Assembly (NCBI GenBank): GCA_028283505.1
Contig: JAPOFX010000001.1
Coordinates: forward strand, 137,127-201,126
Source of the DNA: Candidatus Poseidoniales archaeon
GTDB taxonomy: Archaea; Thermoplasmatota; Poseidoniia; Poseidoniales; Thalassarchaeaceae
DNA length: 64,000 nucleotides
Direction: 5' to 3'
Shown: positions 25,078-34,265 of the stretch, piece after piece
Layout: each line of letters begins with the position of its first letter
Numbering within the stretch: the stretch's first letter is position 1
Notes under the pieces: model-generated
Database searches by the model: none
What the model saw: only the letters and a program-made list of their open reading frames with translations
Told to the model about the DNA's origin: nothing
Position numbers and translations under genes: made by a program

Positions 25078-26298
25078 TTACGTCCAATAAGCCTCTCTGA
25101 TCGCTTGATTTGTTTCCATACACAGTACTACGTCAGACGGCCTCTCATCCATCTGTTGTCCACCCCTCAGGTGATCGATAATTGGTTGCACATTGCTTTC
25201 ATTAACGACACCCCATCCAACTTGGGTGCATGGCGCTACGGGCGAAATAGGCATAGTCCCGGACAATGGGTCCCAGGTCGATGAAGAGGGGTACCAAGCA
25301 GACAAATTGAGAGCATCTCTCAGGTCATCATTCGTTACATTGAGTCCTTCCCCTGAGACTAAGAGTCCCATTCTGGTTATTGGGTCGGCTCCAGAAGAAT
25401 AGTCCCCGAACTCAGCCCTCAATGCCAGTATGATCTTCGATAGCAATCCCGCAGTCCTGGGAGTGGCAAATGATGTTCCTGAGGTCTCGTGGTATCCGTC
25501 GATATCGTCATGATTCGGTAGTATCTGGGTCCAATCGGCGGCAATGTCAGGGTAAGAACCACTCATTGTTTCCTTCTGATCATCCCCCTCCTCGGCATAT
25601 CCAGAAATCCCAATGCTCCAGGGCGGGCCAGCGGTTGAGTCTTGAACGGCAGGAGAAGGAGAGTTGTCAGCAGCGCCAGCATGAATCTTCTTATTTTCCA
25701 CAACGGCGACCCTTGTGGCATCTTCTATTCCGGGGACCGGAACAGATCCGATCGGCCCAAAACTGGTAGTAATTATATCTACAAGAGGCTGATTTGCGGC
25801 TGCCAGAACAGCAGCATCACTGAACCCTTCAACGAAAAATATCACTGCATCGGGGTTTGCATCCAGAACTGCCCCGGTAACTGCCGTTCCATGACCATCT
25901 TGGGGATCATCCAGTATTGGGATATCAGTCCCATCGTCAGGGGAGGTTCCGATTATTCTCGTGCCTCTAAACCAGACAATGTCAGAGGTGGTGATCTGGT
26001 CCCAGCAATCTTCCTTGTCGGCGTCATATCTTTCTTGCCAGGTTCCTTCGGTACTAATGTCACAGATCATTGTAACATTCAATCCCTCGAGAAGTGAGGA
26101 GGGAAAGGATTCGTTCATAATGAAGTGGTTGTGGTATACGTTAATTCCGGTATCAATTGGGGCGACAACGGTATATGCTTCCAAATCAGGTCTATCATCC
26201 GGCAATGGTACTGCAGTACCCTCCTCATCCCAAAGTATACAACCACTCAATAAAGGCAAAAGAAGAACCAACATAATGCCCTTCGCGGTGTACCTCAT
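25078..26298 (-). CDS. Secreted subtilisin-family (S8) serine protease, lipobox signal peptide
   Basis: Signal MRYTAKGIMLVLLLPLLSGC. Catalytic motifs PIDTGI (Asp), DGHGTAVTG (His) and SGTSFATPRTAG (Ser). Confidence 0.8.
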   Translation of the reverse strand: MRYTAKGIMLVLLLPLLSGCILWDEEGTAVPLPDDRPDLEAYTVVAPIDTGINVYHNHFIMNESFPSSLLEGLNVTMICDISTEGTWQERYDADKEDCWDQITTSDIVWFRGTRIIGTSPDDGTDIPILDDPQDGHGTAVTGAVLDANPDAVIFFVEGFSDAAVLAAANQPLVDIITTSFGPIGSVPVPGIEDATRVAVVENKKIHAGAADNSPSPAVQDSTAGPPWSIGISGYAEEGDDQKETMSGSYPDIAADWTQILPNHDDIDGYHETSGTSFATPRTAGLLSKIILALRAEFGDYSSGADPITRMGLLVSGEGLNVTNDDLRDALNLSAWYPSSSTWDPLSGTMPISPVAPCTQVGWGVVNESNVQPIIDHLRGGQQMDERPSDVVLCMETNQAIREAYWT

Positions 26299-26334
26299 GG
26301 ACCCCGGTGTCAGGGGTATAATTTCATACTTCGG

Positions 26335-27186
26335 CTATCTTGTCTTTCTATCGAATGATAGAATCTCGGCGCATATCGCCAATGCAATCTCCTCTGGGGT
26401 ATCGGCTCCGATATCGAGACCAATTGGGCATCTGGCTGGAGATAGTTTTTCCTCAGTCAATCCGGATTCAATCGCTGCCTTCCTGAAACCATTCCACTTT
26501 GTAGTGGAACCAATAACGCCTATTCGAGGAACGCCATCTAAGATTTTGAGCAGTCCTATGAGTAGTTCTTGATCCACGGACCAATCGTGACCTAGGACCA
26601 GTATATCCGAGAATCTTCTAATTGATGACACTGTCTCATTTCCCAGTAATTCATCAACTGAGCTACACAGAATCTCAGAGGCTTTAGGATATCTTTCCAG
26701 ATTAGAGTATTCGCTTCTGACATCAAAAACACTGTATTTCCAGCCAAGGGTTTCGCAAACTATCGACACAGACATGCCTACATGGCCACCTCCTGCAATC
26801 AATATGTGAGGGACAGGCTCAATCACTTCCAAAGACACCCTCAACTGACCCCCGCATAGACTGTCAAGGGCAACGGCCTCTTTTCCCTTCCCCTCTTTGT
26901 GCAGAATGTAGGTCTCAATTTTACCCCCTGTCTTCCTCATTTTGGATTTATCAATTGCTAACATTTCAATCAAGTTTCTCTCGATCTTCAATTCAAGCCC
27001 AGCACCACCCACGGTGCCGAATTTTTCACCCATGGAGGATATAGCTAACTTCGCCCCAGGTTTTCCCGGAACACTCCCCCTAGCCTCTATAACTGATGCC
27101 AAGGCAACCCTTTCTCCGTGATCCAATCTCTCGACGATCCAGGATAGTACGGCACGAGACATGGTCAGGGGAAGGTAATGGTACAC
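26335..27186 (-). CDS. xdhC: XdhC/CoxI-family molybdenum cofactor insertion chaperone
   Basis: N-terminal XdhC_CoxI pattern ALASVIEARGSVPGKPGAKL plus a Rossmann part ILIAGGGHVG. About 280 aa. Confidence 0.75.
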   Translation of the reverse strand: MYHYLPLTMSRAVLSWIVERLDHGERVALASVIEARGSVPGKPGAKLAISSMGEKFGTVGGAGLELKIERNLIEMLAIDKSKMRKTGGKIETYILHKEGKGKEAVALDSLCGGQLRVSLEVIEPVPHILIAGGGHVGMSVSIVCETLGWKYSVFDVRSEYSNLERYPKASEILCSSVDELLGNETVSSIRRFSDILVLGHDWSVDQELLIGLLKILDGVPRIGVIGSTTKWNGFRKAAIESGLTEEKLSPARCPIGLDIGADTPEEIALAICAEILSFDRKTR

Positions 27187-27314
27187 TTTGGATTTCCGCT
27201 AAATAGTTCTGTGAGAATATTAGATTCACTCTAACTCATTCGCCAAATATTTTCACTTGATATTGTTGATTTTATCATCTATAATTTGATATCCAGACAA
27301 TCATCCGTAGATAT

Positions 27315-28556
27315 ATGTCGTCAAGCATCACCCTTGACGAAGCTTTAGAAATTATTGTAATTTCGATGAGAGATGCATTTCTGGCAGTAACCGTATTCGT
27401 TGCTGCAATGGTCCTTTTATTCAGTTGGCTACAATATATCTCAGCTGGGAAATTCGTAATTTGGATTAGAGAGAACAGGAGTATCCAGCCTCTAATTGGT
27501 GCGATAATGGGACTAACTCCGGGTTGTGGAGGTGCGATAATTATAATGCCAATGTACACTAAAGGATATGTCACCTATGGGACCGTGATAGCTACACTTA
27601 TTGCCACTCTTGGTGATGCGGCCTTTGTCCTGATTGGGGCGGTTTTTCAGGATTTTTCATTCCTAGTGCCAGTTATTGCTGTACACTTAATCTCATTCGT
27701 CGTTGCGGTAATCTGGGGATTTACAGTCGATAGATTAGCGGTAACTCCTGCATCCCCATTAGGAATAATATGGAAAAAAGCTGATTATGAAACCCGCAAA
27801 GAAGACTACATCTCGGATCCTTTTGAAGAGAATGAAATAATTTCCGATATGCCCAGAGAGGCTCAAGATGGGTTTGGTTACAGAATTCTTCACCAGGGGT
27901 ATAGAATATGGTGGGTAGTAACAATCGTTGGTTTTTTGTTGGCGACCCTTCTTCTATTTTGGTACGCACAAGATCCCGAATACTCTCCCAACTTGGTCTG
28001 GGACCCATTCACACGTGACGGCCTGATAACTTGGGTCGGGTTCACAGGGACCCTTCTTTCTGTAATACTCTACATCTCATCAAAGAATTTCATACGGGAC
28101 GATACAGAGGCCACAATTGGGGACAAGCTGAACTCGTTTGATGAAACCCTGGTGCACGCTGCCTCCGAGACTGCTTTCGTTACATTTTGGGTGGTTTTGG
28201 CATATCTAATTTTTGAGTTCGGCTTGATATTCTCTGGAATTTCAGAAGCAGACCTAAGTGAAAGGGGAGCTGGAGCAGAGGCAATTGCGATAGCCGCCAT
28301 GATAGGACTGATTCCAGGTTGTGGGCCACAGATAATTGCAATTTCTGCGTATGTAGAGGGAATAGTTTCCTTCCCAGCACTGGTATCCAACGCAATATCG
28401 CAGGATGGGGATGCGCTATTCCCCCTTCTGGTAAGGCACAAGACAGCTTCAATTTGGGCAACGATTCACACCACGTTTCCTGCGTTATTAGTGGGGTTAA
28501 TATTCATGTGGATTCTTGGCGAATCTCACTTTCTCACAGAAATTCTACAGCCCTGA
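27315..28556 (+). CDS. Internally duplicated polytopic permease with paired PGCG motifs (possible metal/oxyanion transporter)
   Basis: Two homologous halves: GLTPGCGGAIIIMPMYTKGYVTYGTVIATLIATLGDAAFVLIG and GLIPGCGPQIIAISAYVEGIVSFPALVSNAISQDGDALFPLLV. About 10 TM helices by eye. The family assignment (ArsP_2-like) is from memory only. Confidence 0.5.
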   Translation: MSSSITLDEALEIIVISMRDAFLAVTVFVAAMVLLFSWLQYISAGKFVIWIRENRSIQPLIGAIMGLTPGCGGAIIIMPMYTKGYVTYGTVIATLIATLGDAAFVLIGAVFQDFSFLVPVIAVHLISFVVAVIWGFTVDRLAVTPASPLGIIWKKADYETRKEDYISDPFEENEIISDMPREAQDGFGYRILHQGYRIWWVVTIVGFLLATLLLFWYAQDPEYSPNLVWDPFTRDGLITWVGFTGTLLSVILYISSKNFIRDDTEATIGDKLNSFDETLVHAASETAFVTFWVVLAYLIFEFGLIFSGISEADLSERGAGAEAIAIAAMIGLIPGCGPQIIAISAYVEGIVSFPALVSNAISQDGDALFPLLVRHKTASIWATIHTTFPALLVGLIFMWILGESHFLTEILQP

Positions 28557-29136
28557 GAAATCTGTCAACATCATCTTTCGTGTCTACATTTAGGTGCAGA
28601 AATCTATCATCAACAGGGATTCTTTGAGGGTAAATTACTTTGTTGAGTGGGATATCTGAAGGAGATTTTAGAATTCTGTTACAATCCTCTTCTGAAATCA
28701 GAAGCGGGTGCCCACCCCTTCCGTCAAATGTGGGGCATGTACTGGAAACTTTGCTCATAAGAAACTCGACAGTAGCCTTCGAGAAACCAGGCCTATCAAC
28801 CGGTACGATCAGAATTCTATCGGGCCCTCCAGAGTCCATTTTGAGGAATTTCAGACCTTCTTTGACAGTGCCCGTCCTCCCTGACTCAGGAGAGTAATTA
28901 ATGATGACCTCAATGTCACCAACTGATTCCTTAACTTTTTGATAAAGCTCATTTCTGGTCACAACGACGGGCGACAGTCCCAGCTCGGTTAACCTTCTAG
29001 AGATCCATGAAACTAGTGTTTCCTCTCCTACTTCAATCAGAGCCTTTGGATACCCAAGCCTACTGCTCTCTCCCGCGGCTAGAACTATACAACCAATTTC
29101 TGTCTCACTTATTTTCACGAAGCATCTCTCTTCCAA
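28534..29136 (-). CDS. mocA: MobA-like NTP transferase, probable molybdenum cofactor cytidylyltransferase (MocA)
   Basis: N-terminal IVLAAGESSRLGYPKAL nucleotide-binding motif. About 200 aa. Located in a molybdenum-hydroxylase neighbourhood. The start overlaps the ACAD stop by about 30 nt and is uncertain. Confidence 0.65.
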   Translation of the reverse strand: MEERCFVKISETEIGCIVLAAGESSRLGYPKALIEVGEETLVSWISRRLTELGLSPVVVTRNELYQKVKESVGDIEVIINYSPESGRTGTVKEGLKFLKMDSGGPDRILIVPVDRPGFSKATVEFLMSKVSSTCPTFDGRGGHPLLISEEDCNRILKSPSDIPLNKVIYPQRIPVDDRFLHLNVDTKDDVDRFLRAVEFL

Positions 29137-30259
29137 TAATCAGCCTCTGAATCTGGCTTGACCCTTCAAAAATCTGAACGACCTTTGCACCCCTCATCCT
29201 TCTGGCCACTGGGTACTCCTCTGAGTAGCCATAGCCCCCAAAAATCTGAACAGCATCAGTTGTAACCTCCATCGCCATGTCTGCTGCAAACCTCTTGGCA
29301 TGTGCAGCTTCCAATGTATTCCTGTGCCCCGCGTCACACTTCAGGGCCGCTCTCCAAGTCAGGAGTCTAGCCGCATCGATCTTTGTTGCCATATCTGCTA
29401 GCATGAATGATACAGCCTGATGTTTGAAGATCGGTTTACCGAAAGCACTCCTATCTGTTGAGTATGCGACAGCTTCCTCGAGGGCACCTCTAGCATTGCC
29501 AACCGCATGGGCAGAAATGGTAGGCCTCGAGAAATCAAAGGCTTTCATGGCGTTCATCCAACCTCCATTCTCCTCCTCACCGATGAGATTTTCCACTGGT
29601 ACTCTTACGTCATTGAATGTCACAGAGCGCGTGTCTGAACATCTTTGACCCATATTTTCCTCCTTCTTTCCAAGTTCTATTCCAGGGGAATCAGCATCAA
29701 CGATGAAACCACTCATTCCTTTGTAGCCAGCACTCTTGTCAGTGTATGCTAGAACGAAAAACCAATCAGCATATCCCGCCCCAGTTATCCACATCTTGCT
29801 ACCATTGATGATATACTCGTCACCATCCTTCACGGCCTCGGTTTTGATTGATTGAACATCGCTACCCGCTCCTGGCTCTGTAACGCAGTATGACGCAATG
29901 CATCCTTCAGTAACCTTGGTCATGTAACGCTCCTTCTGATCTTCTGTACCTCCGGTCAGAATCGGGTATGAAGCAAGCATTGTACTTCCACACGCAGTGG
30001 CGAATCCTGGGTCGCCAGCCCCGAACTCTTCGCAAACCAGAACCTCTTCGAAAGAGCCCATGCCACCGCCACCGTATTTTTCGGGGATCTTCAGAGTTAG
30101 AAGTCCGAACTCATTGGCTTTCTTTATTGCCTGCCTAGGAAACTCACTCGTACTGTCCCATTTACCAGCATTTGGTTTCACTTCCTCTTCAGCAAAATCT
30201 CTGGCAAGTTGCTGAAGCATGCGTTGTTCCTCGCTCAAAACAAAGTCGACCATGAGCAT
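29105..30259 (-). CDS. Acyl-CoA dehydrogenase (short/branched-chain type)
   Basis: ACAD N-terminal pattern LSEEQRMLQQLARDFAEEEV, middle-domain CVTEPGAGSD and C-terminal IFEGSSQIQRLIIGR carrying the catalytic Glu. Confidence 0.85.
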   Translation of the reverse strand: MLMVDFVLSEEQRMLQQLARDFAEEEVKPNAGKWDSTSEFPRQAIKKANEFGLLTLKIPEKYGGGGMGSFEEVLVCEEFGAGDPGFATACGSTMLASYPILTGGTEDQKERYMTKVTEGCIASYCVTEPGAGSDVQSIKTEAVKDGDEYIINGSKMWITGAGYADWFFVLAYTDKSAGYKGMSGFIVDADSPGIELGKKEENMGQRCSDTRSVTFNDVRVPVENLIGEEENGGWMNAMKAFDFSRPTISAHAVGNARGALEEAVAYSTDRSAFGKPIFKHQAVSFMLADMATKIDAARLLTWRAALKCDAGHRNTLEAAHAKRFAADMAMEVTTDAVQIFGGYGYSEEYPVARRMRGAKVVQIFEGSSQIQRLIIGREMLRENK

Positions 30260-30277
30260 TGGAGCGGGTACTCAGTC

Positions 30278-31198
30278 TTAGAGGTAGAGGTATGCCATGT
30301 AGAAAAAATATCCAGCAACCATGGCTAAACCCGTCCTTCGACCGATTTCCCTACCGTTCAAAAGCATCGCAGCAATTGCACCGGAGGTAAGAAGCATGAC
30401 CCATATGTCCCTCTCAGCAAAATCAGGATTTATCGAGATCCCTCCTCCTATTATCGCGGTTGCTCCTAAAATCCCCAAGATATTCATCATGTTGGATCCA
30501 AGTACGTTACCTACTGCAACACCTCCTTGCCCCCTTATTCCTGCCACTATAGTTACCGCCAATTCAGGTAGGGAGGTCCCTAGCGCTACGACCGATAGTC
30601 CAATCACCGCTTCCGATATACCCATATCCGAAGCAATTCCTGTAGCACCTTGAATCAAGAACTCCGCCCCTTTCCAAATAAATAATCCGCCAACTATGGT
30701 CACTATCGTCGCTAATGATATCTTATTCGGCACCCAACTTTCCTCTATTTCGATATCATCATCCGACTTTAGGTATGAATAGCCGTAGTATCCAACCAAA
30801 CAAACTAACATCGAAGCGCCGAATATTTGGTCGATAGAGCCCAAAACAACGGCGCCTAGGAGGGCGAAGGAGGCCATCATCATGGCCTTTGCATCTCTCC
30901 TTACACCAATCCCCGGGTCACTAGCCGCTCCGAGCATTGATGCTGTACCCAGGACTAACATTACATTGGCAACGTTAGATCCCATCACCCCTCCAACAGC
31001 CAGATCAGGTTGACCTCCTGCCACAGCTTCGAGTGAGACCGCTAATTCTGGGAGGGATGTCCCGATAGCCACAACGGTGAATCCAATAAGCAAGGGAGGT
31101 ACCCTCATCCTTCCGGCAATCACTACTGCCCCTTGAACAATGATCTCTCCTCCTGCCATTAGAAGAATGAACCCCCCTATCACCAGAAGCCAGTCCAT
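30278..31198 (-). CDS. Ca2+/cation antiporter (CaCA family, YrbG-like)
   Basis: Two alpha-repeats GTSLPELAVS and GTSLPELAVT in a roughly 10-TM protein. Confidence 0.8.
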   Translation of the reverse strand: MDWLLVIGGFILLMAGGEIIVQGAVVIAGRMRVPPLLIGFTVVAIGTSLPELAVSLEAVAGGQPDLAVGGVMGSNVANVMLVLGTASMLGAASDPGIGVRRDAKAMMMASFALLGAVVLGSIDQIFGASMLVCLVGYYGYSYLKSDDDIEIEESWVPNKISLATIVTIVGGLFIWKGAEFLIQGATGIASDMGISEAVIGLSVVALGTSLPELAVTIVAGIRGQGGVAVGNVLGSNMMNILGILGATAIIGGGISINPDFAERDIWVMLLTSGAIAAMLLNGREIGRRTGLAMVAGYFFYMAYLYL

Positions 31199-31247
31199 GT
31201 TCGCCGGGTAGTAATTCTCCTCATGACCGTTTCCGATTAATTGTTAC

Positions 31248-34109
31248 CTAACTGCATGATCTTAGTATGTGGCGGTAGACTAAATCTGGGGTTGGGATGG
31301 TATGGTCCTCCAAGGTCGGAGAAAATGGAACAGGAGTATCTAGGGCGCCAAGGACGACTGGTGTTGACTCTAAACTCCAGAAGGATTGCTCAATTACCCT
31401 GCTGCTTATGGTATGTCCAAGTCCGCCTGTCCACTGGGCCTCTTGCAGGACTATCATCCTGCCAGTCCTTTTCACAGAGTCAATGCAAGTTTTTTCATCA
31501 AAAGGTTGTATAGTCCTCAAGTCTATCACCTCAACCTCAAATCCATCTTTTGAAGCCATTCTGGAGGCCTCTAACGCAACATGAACCATTGCTCCCCAGG
31601 AGATAATAGTCAGGTCGCTGCCCCCTCTGACTATTCGAGCCTTACCAATTGAAAGATTGCCTGAGGATACTCTGTCTTTCACAGACTCAGTATCTACTAT
31701 CTGATTAATCGAGGTTCCCCACCCTGTTTTACCTCCTCTGAGCCCATAGAGTCCTATGTGTTCCAAGAAAAGGACTGGATCGGGAACCGAATGCCCCTCT
31801 ACCAGTAAGTCATATGCGTCCTGGGGATTGCTTGGGAAGGCGATAACTAGTCCAGGGTCATTTGTGAACCATGATTCAATCATATTCGCATGAAATGGCC
31901 CACTCCGGGTCTTCGCTCCCAATGGAATCCTAACAGTGAGCGGTACGTCAGCCCCCCACCTCCATCGTAGCTGAGCGGCATTGTTGATCAATGGATTCAT
32001 GGCCAGTGCCGCGAAACCTCCAAACTGAATTTCGGCCATTGGCTTCATTCCTCCTAATGCAGCCCCCGTGGCAGAATGAATGATTATAGCTTCCGAAAGT
32101 GGCATATCCAGAAGTTTTGATTGGTGCCCTCTAGCCTTCAATGGAAGATTCATTCCGAATGCTCCAGCAATTTCCATATCCTCTCCCATGAATACTACCT
32201 CGTCCCCGTAAATTTCTGCTATCTCAACCATAGCATTTTGGATAGATCTGCTGAATGTCCAAGAATTAGGAGCATCCGAGAAGACCAACGCCTCTTCACC
32301 AGGTCCCAAGAGAGGTTCTGTACCACTCCTATCGCTGTTCAAATCAGTAATCTGTTGCGAGTGACTTCGTGCATCGATCAGACTAGTGACTCCTTCTCCT
32401 ACGGAATGCCCCTCGGGCCATGGCATAGACTCCATGTCATCCCTGCAAGATTTCACCATTTCCCTTTCCTCCTCCTCGATTAATGAGATGACTTTCTCAC
32501 TGCATCCCATCCGAATTAACAACTCTCTATGATTCGGAAGAGGGTCCTTATCTGCCCAGTAACTTAGTAATTCCTTGTCTACATATCCAGGGGGATTTCC
32601 AGAAACGGATCCAAGGTAGAGATCGTCATGATGGTGAGCATGCCCACATCCTCTCATGGTCTCGACATGAATCAATGTTGAACCTCCTCCAGATAGGGCA
32701 ATCTCTCTGGCAACGGAGGTGGATGCGTAGAATTGAGCTGGGTCGGAACCGTCTATGCTCCATGAGGGAATTCCCATTGAGATTCCTTTATCTCCAAAAG
32801 TTTCAGCTCCCGATTGCCCCAAAACAAACGTATCCAGAGCTATCTGATTATTCTGAATCATGTAGCAGATTGGAAGGCCACGAGTACCTGCCAAATTCAT
32901 AGCCTCCCAAAATTCACCGCTACTGCTGCAACCCTCGCCAACCGGGGCCAGATGGAACCTGGATTTACTCAATCTTTGGGCGGCCAATGCTATGCCGGTC
33001 GTGGTAGCACTCGCTGTGGGGAGAGGAGCAGTTGGGGGGAGGACCCTTTTTCCCCAGTTCCCGATATGTAAATCGCGTCCTCCAGACCCAGGGTTGCCAC
33101 CATCCATGTAAGAATCCGCCTTCCCCATCTGCGCTGCAAACACTTCAGTAGGAGTTTGTCCCATGGCCATTGCCAAACCCGTGTCTCTGATCATCGGCGC
33201 GATGACATCTGCACTATCAATTTCCGACTCCGGCAGATCTATGGCTCTGGACATAGCTGAAGCACAAGCTACAACCCCCTCTTGCCATGTAGACCTAAAC
33301 CCCTTGCCTGTGAATTTCCCACCATCAGGAGTCTCCAATCCATTCGTAAACAGGTCTTTCAAGTGTTCATCTACAATCCTTGTTCTGGTCATCCACCTTT
33401 GCCACATTATTCTTTGGTCAAGAGTAACCGAGTGATAATGCGCAATTCTACGCAAGCAAATTCTCAGGTCGACAATAAGTCTGGTAATTCTCCGTGAAAT
33501 GTGGGAAGACCCATTCCTTCTAGGGATAATCTCTATTTCCTGAATCCCAATTAAATTTGGCTCCAACAATCTCTGAGACAGGATGTCCGCCATTTTTTCC
33601 TCGAATCTCAAACTAAATGAATGGTATGAATCGCCGTCAAAAAGTTCGGGAGGTGATGAAGACTCCCAGCACATCGCAACCGTATCCAGGTAACCCTCAT
33701 TTCTCTCAGATACGAATCTTAGCAATTCAGTACGAACCTTTTCCGAAGCTATTTTACTTGGGAAACTCAAGCCCTCCTCCGGCCTCCATTGGTTTGCGAA
33801 TATTGGCACAAGTCCAGATTGCCCCTCGTCCCTAATCTCGCCATTTTTACCTATGATCGTCCCTGAATTGGATTCGTCTCTAGCTAGGACCTCTTTCATG
33901 AGGGCATAATCATCAAGCTTCATCGACCTTTCCCAGATATCAACGGAGCCCCTCCTGCCTTTACCGGAAGGGGACCTGTCCAATGTCGCCCTTACCCTCT
34001 CCCCACAACTTATGCAACTTCTATCAAGCTTGGAGGTAGAGACACTCCTAACCTTCCAAATCTGGTGCTTCTCACATTTCGGACATTTCCACAAACCCTG
34101 ACGTCCCAT
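31248..34109 (-). CDS. Fused 2-oxoacid dehydrogenase E1 component (alpha+beta) with a ~230-aa N-terminal zinc-ribbon-containing domain
   Basis: N-terminus CPKC-x19-CISC. The E1-alpha ThDP region covers GRDLHIGNW .. GEGCSSSGEFWEAMNLA .. YMIQNNQIA. The E1-beta region covers VVFMGEDMEIAGAFG..LLDMPLSEAII..AEIQFGGF. 953 aa in one frame. Confidence 0.8.
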   Translation of the reverse strand: MGRQGLWKCPKCEKHQIWKVRSVSTSKLDRSCISCGERVRATLDRSPSGKGRRGSVDIWERSMKLDDYALMKEVLARDESNSGTIIGKNGEIRDEGQSGLVPIFANQWRPEEGLSFPSKIASEKVRTELLRFVSERNEGYLDTVAMCWESSSPPELFDGDSYHSFSLRFEEKMADILSQRLLEPNLIGIQEIEIIPRRNGSSHISRRITRLIVDLRICLRRIAHYHSVTLDQRIMWQRWMTRTRIVDEHLKDLFTNGLETPDGGKFTGKGFRSTWQEGVVACASAMSRAIDLPESEIDSADVIAPMIRDTGLAMAMGQTPTEVFAAQMGKADSYMDGGNPGSGGRDLHIGNWGKRVLPPTAPLPTASATTTGIALAAQRLSKSRFHLAPVGEGCSSSGEFWEAMNLAGTRGLPICYMIQNNQIALDTFVLGQSGAETFGDKGISMGIPSWSIDGSDPAQFYASTSVAREIALSGGGSTLIHVETMRGCGHAHHHDDLYLGSVSGNPPGYVDKELLSYWADKDPLPNHRELLIRMGCSEKVISLIEEEEREMVKSCRDDMESMPWPEGHSVGEGVTSLIDARSHSQQITDLNSDRSGTEPLLGPGEEALVFSDAPNSWTFSRSIQNAMVEIAEIYGDEVVFMGEDMEIAGAFGMNLPLKARGHQSKLLDMPLSEAIIIHSATGAALGGMKPMAEIQFGGFAALAMNPLINNAAQLRWRWGADVPLTVRIPLGAKTRSGPFHANMIESWFTNDPGLVIAFPSNPQDAYDLLVEGHSVPDPVLFLEHIGLYGLRGGKTGWGTSINQIVDTESVKDRVSSGNLSIGKARIVRGGSDLTIISWGAMVHVALEASRMASKDGFEVEVIDLRTIQPFDEKTCIDSVKRTGRMIVLQEAQWTGGLGHTISSRVIEQSFWSLESTPVVLGALDTPVPFSPTLEDHTIPTPDLVYRHILRSCS

Positions 34110-34265
34110 GATAAGCTCCTAAATAGTCATAGTACAACAATTATTCGCATTACTATGTCTATTTATACCACTATTAATCTAAGTTTTCAATATTTGCAAT
34201 GATTATCATGGAAAATTACAATATAAACCATAATTAAACGTTATACTGAATGCTATTATACCGTT

